Shown here one piece after another: positions 48,658 through 58,451 of a DNA stretch of 64,000 bases. The DNA comes from Calditrichota bacterium (lineage in GTDB: Bacteria; Electryoneota; B3-LCP). The notes under the pieces were generated by a model. It had not been told where the DNA came from. It saw only the letters and a list, made by a program, of their open reading frames with translations, and did no database searches. The position numbers and the translations under genes are program-made. The stretch spans positions 4,115 to 68,114 of the forward strand of contig JAGVQJ010000153.1 in the NCBI GenBank assembly GCA_020051775.1. Reading direction: 5' to 3'. The first letter of the stretch is position 1. Every line of letters starts with the position of its first letter.

Positions 48658-51600
48658 ATGTTCAAACCTGTAGAAAAAAACGTCAGCTTCCCCAAATTAG
48701 AAGAATCCATTCTGGAATTCTGGGAATCCAGCCGGATTTTCGAGAAGACCGAAGAGATCCGCCAGGGAGCGCCTGAATTTGTATTTTACGATGGGCCTCC
48801 GGGAACCAACGGCGTGCCGCATATCGGACATATGATGCAATCGGCGCTGAAAGATCTTTGGCCGCGCTATAAGGTCATGAAGGGATTTCACGTCGTGCGT
48901 AAAGCCGGATGGGATACTCATGGTTTGCCCATTGAATTGACGGCGGAAAAGGAATTGAAGCTCGGTTCGAAGAAGGATATTCTGGATTACGGGGTTGACA
49001 AATATATTGAATATTGTCGCGCCACGGTGGGCCGTTACCTGGGTTCCTGGGAACAAGCCATACGCCGCATCGGCCGTTTTCTGGATATGCAGCACGCCTA
49101 CATGACCATGACCAACGAATACATCCAGTCGGATTGGTATTTGTTGAAATTGGCCTGGCAGCGGAAGTTGGAATCTGATCGAGTGGAGATCGCCGGGAAG
49201 AGTGTATCGCCACGCTTTTTATATAAAGATTACCGCATCATGCCGTATTGCTCGCGGTGCGGCACGTCGCTATCCAATTTCGAGGTGGCCGAAGGGTATA
49301 AGGACGTCAAGGACATGACCTTGACAGTGAAGTTCCCGGTGGCGGATATGGAGAATACTTACTTCGCCGCATGGACCACCACGGCTTGGACTCTGCTCTC
49401 GAATGTGGCACTGGCGGTAGGATCGGACATTGATTACGTCGCCGTGCGGCGAACCGCGTCAGGCGAGATCATCATCATGGCGCAAGCTCGCCTGGAAGCC
49501 TACCAGAAATACCTGGAACCTTACGAAATCCTATGGACAAAGAAGGGTCGCGAGCTTCATGGAATGCGGTACCGACCGCTGTGGGATTTTCAAACTTATA
49601 GCCCGGCTCACGCCATCGTGCTGGACGATTACGTTACAACTGAGGACGGCACCGGCATCGTGCATCTGGCAAACTACGGCGAAGACGATTTCCGCATCCT
49701 GCGTCGGGAAGGTTTACCCCTGATCCAGAATGTTGATGAGAACGGTTCAACCACCGCAGCTACTGGTCCTTTTGCCGGCCGCTACTTTCGTGACGAAACC
49801 CTGGACGTGGACATCATCAAGGATCTGGCGGCGCGTGGTTTGCTCCTATCCAAGGAACGTTACGAACACTCCTACCCCTTCTGCTATCGCTGCGACAACG
49901 CTTTGATGTATTTCGCCCGCCCGGCGTGGTTCATCCGTACCGCCTCATTCCGCGAGGAAATGCTGAAGGCCAATGCTCATATCAAATGGCAGCCACCCCA
50001 TATCAAGGACGGTCGCTTTGGTAATTGGCTGGAAAATACTATTGACTGGAACGTCACTCGTGAGCGCTATTGGGGATCACCATTGCCAGTTTGGACATGC
50101 GGAGAATCCGGCTGCGACGGGGAAATCTGCGTCGGCGGCTTGGCCGAGCTTCGCGAACTGGCCGGTCCTTCCGTGGATCAGATTCTGCACAACACACAAC
50201 TGAACCGGATTGACCTCCACAAGCCGCTAATTGATCAAGTTAAGATCCCCTGTCCCATCTGTTCAAAACCGATGGATCGCGAAAACTTTGTGCTGGATTC
50301 CTGGTTTAATGCCGGGTTGATGTTCATCGGGCAGTGGGGCTATCCGGCCACACCTGGATCGAGCGAGATTTTCCGAAACCAATATCCGGCAGATTTCATC
50401 TGCGAAGCCATTGACCAGACGCGTGGCTGGTTTTACACGCTGCTGGCCTGTTCAACGCTATTCGCTCTGGAAAATAAGAAGTCGGAAGACCAATGGGCTT
50501 GTTACCGCAACGTCATCTGCACAGAACTGGTCTTAGACGAAGAGGGCCGCAAGATGTCCAAATCGCGCGGCAATGTCGTGAATCCCATCAAGTTGTTCGA
50601 TGAAGTGGGAGCCGACGCCACGCGCTGGACCTTTTACAGCTCCAACCCCTGGAACGTGAAGCGCTTCTCATCCGAACAGGTACGCGAGGCTGTGCGTGAT
50701 CTGATCCTGCCCATCTGGAACTCTTACTCCTTTTTCGTAACCTATGCCCGAGTGGATGGGTGGATGCCTGATCCTCCCCACTCCCCCAATGCGAAGGGGG
50801 GAGATTCAGCGCACCCACTTGATCGCTGGCTGCTGGGGGAGTTGACTCACTTGAACCACGAAGTCACTGGCGCGCTGGAGGCTTATGATGTAGCCAGAGC
50901 TTCCTCTGCTATCAGCCGTTTTGTGGATCAGTTGACCAATTGGTACATCCGCAGGTCGCGGCGTCGCTTCTGGAAGTCCGGCGATGACCTGGACAAACAC
51001 TGCGCTTATGCTACGCTTTATCGTGCTTTAACCGATTTCACTCTCATTTTGGCGCCGTTCATGCCTTTTCTGGCGGAAGAACTTTACCAGAACCTGGTGC
51101 GTTCAGTTAAATCCGATGCGCCGGAATCTGTGCACCTTTGCTCTTGGCCTGATCCACCGTTAGAGAAGATAGATGGCGTCCTTGCAGACATGATGCAGAA
51201 AGCTAGAAATATTGTGCGTGTTGGTAGAGATATACGTCAGAAGAATAACCGAAAAGTGAGGCAGCCTCTTCAACAAATTATTGTTGTGATGGAAGAAGGC
51301 AAAATTGAGAAGGGTGTTCTCGATTTGGCGGAAATAGAAAAAGTTGCAACTAAAGAAAGGCTAGAAGGTGAACTCAGAGAAATCGTTACTGACGAATTGA
51401 ATGTAAAATATTTCATTATCAAGCATGATGCTTCTGATCTGGTAACCTTGAAGGCTGAGCCTAACTTTCGTACACTTGGACCACTTTTTGGGAAAGAAAT
51501 AAATAGTGTAATTCAAAAACTTCGTGCGTCGACTCAAGCGGAACTACTTAAATTGGACCAGGGCGAAAATGTATATATTGTGGATCTATACATCAGGCCA

Positions 51601-51981
51601 GAATACGTGACCATCCAGCGCCAGCCTCTGGAAAACTGGGCGGTATCCAGCGACGAAGGGCTGACGGTAGCCTTGGATCTGAATATCACCAAAGATCTCG
51701 AATTTGAAGGCAAGATCCGCGAAATCATCCATCAATTGCAAAATGCCCGGAAAGAGAAAGGTTTTGAGGTAGATGACCGCCTCCAAAGCACAGGCCTCCA
51801 TACTAATTCAGTGGTCATCACCGAAGCGTTAAAAATTGCCAAATTCCAGGAATTGATTAAGAGCGAAACTCTGTCATTGTCCTTGTCTTTAGAGGTTAGT
51901 CCTGATTTTACCACAGAAAAGCCTCTGAAGGTGGATAATGAATTCGTATATTATAAGATCGAAAAAACCGGCCAGAAATAA
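48658..51981 (+). CDS. ileS: Isoleucine--tRNA ligase (type 2-like)
   Basis: PHIGH, GWDTHGLPIE, DQTRGWFY, KMSKS, NWYIRRSRRRFW. Confidence 0.97.
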   Translation: MFKPVEKNVSFPKLEESILEFWESSRIFEKTEEIRQGAPEFVFYDGPPGTNGVPHIGHMMQSALKDLWPRYKVMKGFHVVRKAGWDTHGLPIELTAEKELKLGSKKDILDYGVDKYIEYCRATVGRYLGSWEQAIRRIGRFLDMQHAYMTMTNEYIQSDWYLLKLAWQRKLESDRVEIAGKSVSPRFLYKDYRIMPYCSRCGTSLSNFEVAEGYKDVKDMTLTVKFPVADMENTYFAAWTTTAWTLLSNVALAVGSDIDYVAVRRTASGEIIIMAQARLEAYQKYLEPYEILWTKKGRELHGMRYRPLWDFQTYSPAHAIVLDDYVTTEDGTGIVHLANYGEDDFRILRREGLPLIQNVDENGSTTAATGPFAGRYFRDETLDVDIIKDLAARGLLLSKERYEHSYPFCYRCDNALMYFARPAWFIRTASFREEMLKANAHIKWQPPHIKDGRFGNWLENTIDWNVTRERYWGSPLPVWTCGESGCDGEICVGGLAELRELAGPSVDQILHNTQLNRIDLHKPLIDQVKIPCPICSKPMDRENFVLDSWFNAGLMFIGQWGYPATPGSSEIFRNQYPADFICEAIDQTRGWFYTLLACSTLFALENKKSEDQWACYRNVICTELVLDEEGRKMSKSRGNVVNPIKLFDEVGADATRWTFYSSNPWNVKRFSSEQVREAVRDLILPIWNSYSFFVTYARVDGWMPDPPHSPNAKGGDSAHPLDRWLLGELTHLNHEVTGALEAYDVARASSAISRFVDQLTNWYIRRSRRRFWKSGDDLDKHCAYATLYRALTDFTLILAPFMPFLAEELYQNLVRSVKSDAPESVHLCSWPDPPLEKIDGVLADMMQKARNIVRVGRDIRQKNNRKVRQPLQQIIVVMEEGKIEKGVLDLAEIEKVATKERLEGELREIVTDELNVKYFIIKHDASDLVTLKAEPNFRTLGPLFGKEINSVIQKLRASTQAELLKLDQGENVYIVDLYIRPEYVTIQRQPLENWAVSSDEGLTVALDLNITKDLEFEGKIREIIHQLQNARKEKGFEVDDRLQSTGLHTNSVVITEALKIAKFQELIKSETLSLSLSLEVSPDFTTEKPLKVDNEFVYYKIEKTGQK

Positions 51982-51994
51982 TCGGAGTGATAAA

Positions 51995-52411
51995 ATGCCG
52001 AAGGAAGCAAGCGCAAAGAAACCACCGCAGCCTTTCAGCAAGAAAGAATTGGATCAATTCGAAAAACTGATCCTACAGAAGCGGGAGGAGCTGGTGAAAG
52101 AACTGGGATATTTGAAAGAAACGTCCATGGACAAATCCTATCAGGATTATACCGGCGAAGTCTCCACGTATTCCTATCACATGGCCGATCAAGGAACGGA
52201 CGCGCAGGAACGGGAGAAAGCTTTCATGTTCGCTTCACGCGAAGGGAAGTTCCTAACCTACCTTGATCGCGCTCTGGAAAGGATCAAAGCGGGAACCTAC
52301 GGTCTCTGCATGGAATGCAGTCAGCCAATTTCCAAAGCCCGTTTGGAAGCGGTACCGACCGCCACTCTCTGCATCGCCTGCAAGTCAAAGAAGGAGCAAG
52401 GCGAAGGGTGA
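51995..52411 (+). CDS. dksA: TraR/DksA C4 zinc-finger protein
   Basis: HMADQGTD, YGLCMEC...RLEAVP...CIAC. Confidence 0.88.
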   Translation: MPKEASAKKPPQPFSKKELDQFEKLILQKREELVKELGYLKETSMDKSYQDYTGEVSTYSYHMADQGTDAQEREKAFMFASREGKFLTYLDRALERIKAGTYGLCMECSQPISKARLEAVPTATLCIACKSKKEQGEG

Positions 52412-52935
52412 AAGTTCTCTGGCCGTCTCTGGTCGTCCTGATTTTGGATCAGCTCACGAAATACTGGGTGCGATCCACCATGAGTTTGGGTGAATCAATT
52501 TCCATCCTGGGGAAGGATTTATTTCGTCTGACGCACGTAGAAAACACTGGAGTTGCCTTCGGCGTGCAAGCGTTCCAAATGTGGTTTTTAATCTTTTTCA
52601 ACATTGCTGCCTCTATTGTGTTGATATACGTTTTATTGAAATCCTTACATGCCGGCCCGGCACGTTATCCGCGGCTAATGGAGATAGCTCTGGCGTTAAT
52701 ATTGGGCGGCGCACTAGGAAACGTTACGGATCGTATTCTCTTCCGTCGGGTGACAGATTTCTTTGATTCCGATTTCCCCGATTTCATCATGGAACGCTGG
52801 CCGGTATTCAATATTGCAGATTCTGCTGTGACTGTCGGTGTGACACTATGGTGTGTTTATCTGGTATTTTTCGCGAAAACACACGATAAAAAAAGCCGTG
52901 TCATTGCGAATGATATGAAGCAATCTCACCTGTAA
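52408..52935 (+). CDS. lspA: Lipoprotein signal peptidase
   Basis: DQLTK, NTGVAF, GALGNVTDR, VTDF, FNIAD. Confidence 0.95.
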   Translation: MKVLWPSLVVLILDQLTKYWVRSTMSLGESISILGKDLFRLTHVENTGVAFGVQAFQMWFLIFFNIAASIVLIYVLLKSLHAGPARYPRLMEIALALILGGALGNVTDRILFRRVTDFFDSDFPDFIMERWPVFNIADSAVTVGVTLWCVYLVFFAKTHDKKSRVIANDMKQSHL

Positions 52936-52986
52936 GTGGAGATGGCTTCGACCTCTGAAGACGACTCGCCATGACTGCAATATCTT

Positions 52987-53649
52987 ATGATCCCTTTCAC
53001 CCCCGAAACCATCGCCTACCTGAAAGACCTGCGCGAAAACAACCACAAGCGTTGGTTCGAAGCCAACCGCCGCCTCTACGAAACCTACCTTTTAGACCCT
53101 TTCCGCGACTTGAGCGAGAGGCTGGCTCCGGTGTTATCAGCGATCAGTCACAGGATTGAAGTTCGTCCGCAGGTGGGCAAAACCATCAGCCGCATCCATC
53201 GCGATACCCGTTTTTCCAAGAGCAAGCTTCCCTATCGCCATACCATGTGGCTCGTCTGGTATGATCATTCGCGGTCCATGGCCGAAACACCAGGATTCTT
53301 TTTCTACATAGAACCTGAAGAGTGGGGTTACGGGATGGGATTTTACCAGGCCTCACCGGCAGCGATGGAGACGATTCGCGGTCGTCTGATCGCCGACACG
53401 CAATCTATCGAGAAACTACTTAAAAAGGTAGAAAAATCGAAGCTATTTACCCTGGGTGGCGAAAAATACAAACGCTCCCGAAGTGCCGCACTACCCAAAG
53501 ATACGCTGGATCTTTATAACCAGAAGACTTTTTACTTCATCCGTAATGAACCTATCAATCAACGACTTTATTCGGAAGCACTGGCAGGTGAACTTGCAAC
53601 TGGATTCAAACTATTGGGATCACTCTATAACCATTTCACAGAATCTTGA
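52987..53649 (+). CDS. DUF2461 family protein
   Basis: LRENNHKRWFEANR, RIHRDTRFSKSKLPY. Confidence 0.88.
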   Translation: MIPFTPETIAYLKDLRENNHKRWFEANRRLYETYLLDPFRDLSERLAPVLSAISHRIEVRPQVGKTISRIHRDTRFSKSKLPYRHTMWLVWYDHSRSMAETPGFFFYIEPEEWGYGMGFYQASPAAMETIRGRLIADTQSIEKLLKKVEKSKLFTLGGEKYKRSRSAALPKDTLDLYNQKTFYFIRNEPINQRLYSEALAGELATGFKLLGSLYNHFTES

Positions 53650-53663
53650 CCTAATAAAAGATT

Positions 53664-54134
53664 ATGTTGGACTTTGACATCCCCGGCTATGGCCATTTGA
53701 CTCTCGAATATCTGGTTTCGGATTACACCGGAACGCTTTCGGTGGACGGTCTACTCCTCCCCGAAATCAAATCTAGATTAGCCCGAATTTCCCAGTTTCT
53801 GAAAATCCATATTGTTACCGCGGATACTTTTGGCCATGCCGAGACACAATTGAAAGACCTGGAGCGTGAATTACATATTATCGTTGGCGCTAATCAAGAC
53901 GTTATCAAAGAAGAATTCGTGCAAAACCTCGGAATAGATAACGTCGTCGCTCTGGGCAACGGCAACAATGATCGTAGAATGCTAAAAGCAGCTCGATTGG
54001 GGATCGCTGTCATCAACACCGAAGGGTGCTCGTCCGAGGCGCTGGCTGCTGCGGATTTGTTCGTTCTGAGCGCCCAAGATGGATTGGATCTTTTACTTAA
54101 TCCGAATCGCTTGAAAGCAACGCTTCGGTTTTAG
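53664..54134 (+). CDS. Soluble P-type-ATPase-like HAD phosphatase
   Basis: DYTGTL, TADTFG, GNGNND. Confidence 0.85.
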   Translation: MLDFDIPGYGHLTLEYLVSDYTGTLSVDGLLLPEIKSRLARISQFLKIHIVTADTFGHAETQLKDLERELHIIVGANQDVIKEEFVQNLGIDNVVALGNGNNDRRMLKAARLGIAVINTEGCSSEALAAADLFVLSAQDGLDLLLNPNRLKATLRF

Positions 54135-54189
54135 CGATGCTTTTCATTGAAACTTTGCCCGTTCGGTAAAGATTAAAAGCAGACGTATC

Positions 54190-54238
54190 AGGCGATGGAG
54201 TTCGCCTTTAACCGCTGAAACAGCTGATGACTCCTACT
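54190..54238 (+). ncRNA. Fluoride riboswitch (crcB motif)
   Basis: GGCGATGGAGTTCGCC-TTTAACCGCTGAAACAGCTGATGACTCCTAC matches the consensus, including the GGAGT/ACTCC pseudoknot. Confidence 0.95.
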
Positions 54239-54266
54239 GGTTCATTGCAGCAATGGAGCGTCAAGA

Positions 54267-55418
54267 ATGAAAGCGGACATTGTTCCTTTAATCGTCGGAT
54301 TGCTGGTTTTTATGGCCAGCCTTATTTCCCTGAAACTCACCCTCTCAGTCGCCATTATAGAAATCCTGGCCGGCGCCATTGCCGGCAATTTAGGTTTAAA
54401 GACCGAGGACTGGATGCTATATTTGGGAGGTTTCGGCGGCATTCTTCTGACTTTTCTAGCTGGGACGGAAATAGATGTTGACCTGATGAAAGAGCGGTTT
54501 AAGCAGAGCTTCCTCATCGGGTTCTTTTCTTTCTTTGCGCCTTTTACCTTGGTGTTTCTTTACACATACTATGTATCACATTGGTCACTGCCGGCCGCCT
54601 TAATTGCGGGAACAGCCTTATCAACTACCTCACTGGCTGTGGTCTATTCTGTTTTAGTGGAAACGCACTTATCGTCAACTCAGATCGGCAAACTGATCAT
54701 GGCTTCGACATTCATTACCGATATGGGTACAGCGCTGGCCTTAAGCATTTTATTCACGAAACCAACCGTTTACACCGGAATATTTATTGTGGCTTCCATC
54801 TTGGTTATTCTTTTTGCGGTAAAATTCTCCCACCGAATCTTCGACAATCCGAAACTCAAAAATAAGGTCATCGAACCAGAAATTAAGTACATATTTTTGT
54901 TACTCCTGGCCTTTATGTATTTCGGAAATCTGGGAAATGGTCACGCAGTTTTACCGGCTTTTGTTCTGGGATTGCTGATGTCTCGTCATTTCACGGAGAC
55001 CTCGACGACGCGCGCGGTCAGGAACAGGCTTCGGACCGTAGCCTACGCCATGATAACACCAATATTTTTCGTATTAGGAGGGCTGCGGATTTCCCTGCCC
55101 ATGATTCTTGCGGCTTTAGGGTTATTCTTGATGTTATTTCTGTTAAAGATTGTGGCGAAATTCGTGGGTGTTTATTTTCTGGCGAAAAAATATATCCCGG
55201 GTGGGAGTATTTACACGACTTTATTGATGAGCACCGGGCTTACTTTCGGGACTATTTCCAGCGTTTTTGGCCTGAACGCCGGCCTGATTGATCAGACTCA
55301 GTATTCTGTGTTGGTGGGTGTGGTGATTGCCAGCGCCGTCATCCCGACCTTTATCGCGCAAAAATGGTTTATGCCGGTCCATTCGGAAGATATCGTGGAT
55401 ATTAACGGTGAATCATGA
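54267..55418 (+). CDS. Cation:proton antiporter (CPA2)
   Basis: FLAGTEID, ALSTTSLAVV, ITD motifs; multi-TM. Confidence 0.9.
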   Translation: MKADIVPLIVGLLVFMASLISLKLTLSVAIIEILAGAIAGNLGLKTEDWMLYLGGFGGILLTFLAGTEIDVDLMKERFKQSFLIGFFSFFAPFTLVFLYTYYVSHWSLPAALIAGTALSTTSLAVVYSVLVETHLSSTQIGKLIMASTFITDMGTALALSILFTKPTVYTGIFIVASILVILFAVKFSHRIFDNPKLKNKVIEPEIKYIFLLLLAFMYFGNLGNGHAVLPAFVLGLLMSRHFTETSTTRAVRNRLRTVAYAMITPIFFVLGGLRISLPMILAALGLFLMLFLLKIVAKFVGVYFLAKKYIPGGSIYTTLLMSTGLTFGTISSVFGLNAGLIDQTQYSVLVGVVIASAVIPTFIAQKWFMPVHSEDIVDINGES

Positions 55419-56392
55419 CCGCCGAATTTCGGGAATTACGACTCAGGATCACTTCGCATGAACCCGGCCTGCGCTTAGATCAATATTTGGCGCGGCAGAT
55501 TGCAGGAATATCGCGCACGCGCATTCAAGCCTTGATGGAAGCCGGCCTGGTCACGATTGACGGCCAGCCGGTCAAGCCCTCCCGACCGGTGAAAAACACT
55601 GAGGAAGTGCTCCTGCGCATTCCCGGACCTGAACCTTCCCCCTTGACTCCCGAAGATATCCCTTTAGACATCCGCTACGAAGACCGCTGGTTGATTGTGG
55701 TCGAAAAACCGGCGGGATTGGTTGTCCACCCGGCGCACGGCCATCCTGCGGGGACGTTGATAAACGCTCTCCTCTATCATTGCAAAGACCTGGGCGACAT
55801 CGGTGGGACGACACGTCCCGGCCTGGTGCATCGCATTGACAAGGATACGTCAGGATTGCTGGTGGTGGCCAAGGATGAGCGCACCTTGACAGGGTTGGCC
55901 AAGCAATTCCAGGAGAAAACTACTGAGCGTCAGTATCGCGCATTGGTGTGGGGTCATCTGAAACCCTCGCAAGGGCGTATTGACGCCGCTTTGGGCAGAT
56001 CACCGCGCGACCGCAAGCTCTTTAGCGTCGTTGAGGGTGGCAAAGAATCCGCTACTCGCTATACCACCCTGGAGAAATTCGAGTTGATCTCCCTGGTAGC
56101 GCTGCAATTAGAGACCGGCCGCACTCATCAAATCAGGATTCACATGCAACATGCCGGTCACCCGGTCTTTGGGGATCCACAGTATGGCGGTCGCAATCGT
56201 CGGTTGGGCGCCTTGACTACCGCTCAACGCGCATTTGTGGCTAAGCTGTTGGAGAGATTGCCGCGGCAGGCCTTACATGCAGGGATTCTGGGGTTCACCC
56301 ACCCCGCCACCGGAGAGTTTCTCAGGTTCGAAAGCGAGTTACCCGAAGATATGGGCGAGACGTTGAGACTCTTGCGAGAAACGACTCGTTAA
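55415..56392 (+). CDS. rluD: RluA-family pseudouridine synthase (RluD-like)
   Basis: S4 domain RLDQYL, KPAGLVVHP, HRIDKDTSG, GRTHQIR. Confidence 0.93.
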   Translation: MTAEFRELRLRITSHEPGLRLDQYLARQIAGISRTRIQALMEAGLVTIDGQPVKPSRPVKNTEEVLLRIPGPEPSPLTPEDIPLDIRYEDRWLIVVEKPAGLVVHPAHGHPAGTLINALLYHCKDLGDIGGTTRPGLVHRIDKDTSGLLVVAKDERTLTGLAKQFQEKTTERQYRALVWGHLKPSQGRIDAALGRSPRDRKLFSVVEGGKESATRYTTLEKFELISLVALQLETGRTHQIRIHMQHAGHPVFGDPQYGGRNRRLGALTTAQRAFVAKLLERLPRQALHAGILGFTHPATGEFLRFESELPEDMGETLRLLRETTR

Positions 56393-56428
56393 AAAAAAAT
56401 CCGGCCTTATCAGCCGGATTTTTTGTTT
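56392..56428. terminator. Bidirectional terminator
   Basis: AAAAAATCCGGC-cttatca-GCCGGATTTTTT. Confidence 0.8.
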
Positions 56429-56447
56429 GACACCCGCTAAGGTGAAC

Positions 56448-57230
56448 TTAAGCTTTGATGTACCCCAATTTCTTGGAGATTTGACTGGCGATGTCTTTAA
56501 CCGAAGCGCTGAATTTGTCAATCATATCCTTGGTGCAACGGTAGGCTGGAGCGAAGACGTCCACAATCGCTATGATCTCACCGGCTTCATTGCGCACCGG
56601 AGCGGCGATGCTGATGACCATTTCATCACCCTCCTCGGTTTTCTCATAGGCTACGCCTTTCTCACGGACGGTGCCCAGGTCTTTTTGCAGGGTCGCGAAC
56701 GAATATTTCTCGTTCTCCAGGATGGTTTTACGGCCCTTGTGATCCATTATCTCTTTAATCACCTCATCGGACATGCCGGCCAAGAACATCTTTCCAGCAG
56801 CCGAATGGGACAGTGACAGACTTTCGCCCAGGTGCGAACGCACTTTTATGGGCTTGGATGTCAACACTTCATCGGAAACTACGAGACGGGAATTAGTCTT
56901 ATCAATGATGGCAAAACGTGCTGATTCCCCGGTTGTTTGCGCCAGCTTCTCCAAGTAGGGGGCGATCACTTTAGTCGGGCGAATGTTGTTCAAGATTTTC
57001 CGCGATAGCTCGAAAATCTTGGGGCTGAGGCGATAGCGCCCTTTCGCCTGATCTTGATCAACGAAGCCTTCATGAACCAATGTTGTCAGGATGCGGTGCA
57101 CGGTGCTCTTGTTCAAACCGACTCTTTCCCCGATTTCCGATACGCCCATTCCCTCAATGCTCTCACATAGCACTTCTAAAATAGCCAGTGATTTAATGAG
57201 GGATTGTACTAAATGAAAATTTGCAGCCAT
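56448..57230 (-). CDS. IclR family transcriptional regulator
   Basis: VQSL..LAILE, GLNKSTVHRIL, SAAGK, SIAAPV. Confidence 0.93.
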   Translation of the reverse strand: MAANFHLVQSLIKSLAILEVLCESIEGMGVSEIGERVGLNKSTVHRILTTLVHEGFVDQDQAKGRYRLSPKIFELSRKILNNIRPTKVIAPYLEKLAQTTGESARFAIIDKTNSRLVVSDEVLTSKPIKVRSHLGESLSLSHSAAGKMFLAGMSDEVIKEIMDHKGRKTILENEKYSFATLQKDLGTVREKGVAYEKTEEGDEMVISIAAPVRNEAGEIIAIVDVFAPAYRCTKDMIDKFSASVKDIASQISKKLGYIKA

Positions 57231-57332
57231 GTTTTCTACCTCAGGAGCTTGGATGAAGCTCTGGTTAGGAGGGTTATTGTCTCTTGGGAAGTGGATTCAA
57301 CATACCACCACCAGACAGTACTTATGGGCGAT

Positions 57333-57361
57333 AATATAATAACTCCTCATATTTATGTCAA
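57333..57361 (-). promoter_or_regulatory. Promoter of the IclR gene
   Basis: TTGACA-N17-TATATT. Confidence 0.7.
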
Positions 57362-57668
57362 GCGATTTTTTGAATATATTACGAATATCTTTTTAGTCTA
57401 ATAATTAGTTAATTATCTGCTTGAGTTTTAATTATTGGAGAATGGCCATTATTGAATCATGTTTATATTTTATGAGCCTTATGAAGCAATATTATATACT
57501 GTGTTTTAAGATAGATAATATTTGTTCCATGTCATTATAATGTTTTAATAATATAGATTCTTCGAGAACCACCACGGTGGAATGATTGCTCTGATAAAAG
57601 CATGGCGCGTGCTTCGGAAACCATTTTTGATTTCGAAGTCCCCCTCGCATTTTGATTCGTCGCTTGGA

Positions 57669-58445
57669 TTACCGTCTTGAGGACCGTTTCGCCACCGCCC
57701 ACCGCCCCAAGGGACCCAGTAAATGAAAAGTATAAATTATCCATCCACGTGAAGCCGGTACATAAGTTAAGGCCTGACGCTTGATAATAGCCGTCCTAAT
57801 CGCCCGCGACACGTCGGCGGCAGTAGCCATCTTGCGATTGCGGCGCCCTTGCCAGACCCCGGCATCGAAAAATTCGGTATCCACCGGACCTGGATTTACC
57901 AAATGAATGGTAACCCCTGATCCCTGCAGCTCGTAGGCCAGTGATTCGGTTAACGCGCTTAAGGCGAATTTGGTAGCACAATACGACGCCATATTGGGAA
58001 TGGCGACCCGTCCGGCAGAGGACGAAACATTGACAATCGCGCCCGATTTCCGCCGTACCATTTCCGGCAATAAGCATGAAATCAGGTGAGCCGGCGCCAG
58101 ATAATTGACGGCTGTCATTTGATATAAATCTTCAGGGGATTCCTGCAGGAAGGGACGATAATTGCCGTAACCGGCATTATTAATCAGGATTTCGGGGTGC
58201 AGATTATGGGTTTGCAGGTCACTGAGGAGGCGGTCGCGAGGCCAGGGATCGGATAAATCACAGGCCATAACTGTGGCATGCCCGTGGGAGCTTTGAATTT
58301 CACTCGCTAAATCATGCAATCGGTCTTGCCGTCGAGCTACCAAAATGACTCGCGCGCCGCGAGCAGCGAAATCCCGGGCGGTTTGAGCCCCGATACCGGA
58401 CGACGCCCCTGTGATGAGAACAAGTTTGTCAGTAAAGACGGGCAT
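57669..58445 (-). CDS. SDR family oxidoreductase
   Basis: TGASSGIG, NNAG, YCATK. Confidence 0.93.
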   Translation of the reverse strand: MPVFTDKLVLITGASSGIGAQTARDFAARGARVILVARRQDRLHDLASEIQSSHGHATVMACDLSDPWPRDRLLSDLQTHNLHPEILINNAGYGNYRPFLQESPEDLYQMTAVNYLAPAHLISCLLPEMVRRKSGAIVNVSSSAGRVAIPNMASYCATKFALSALTESLAYELQGSGVTIHLVNPGPVDTEFFDAGVWQGRRNRKMATAADVSRAIRTAIIKRQALTYVPASRGWIIYTFHLLGPLGRWAVAKRSSRR

Positions 58446-58451
58446 CAGACC

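Noticed and set aside
48826-48860. Mupirocin hyper-resistance signature in IleRS
   Set aside because: The HIGH motif is canonical (HIGH), not the GxHH-type variant
57231-57668. AT-rich region as a replication origin or small gene
   Set aside because: No clustered DnaA boxes seen; the 69-aa ORF overlaps the SDR gene and has no motif
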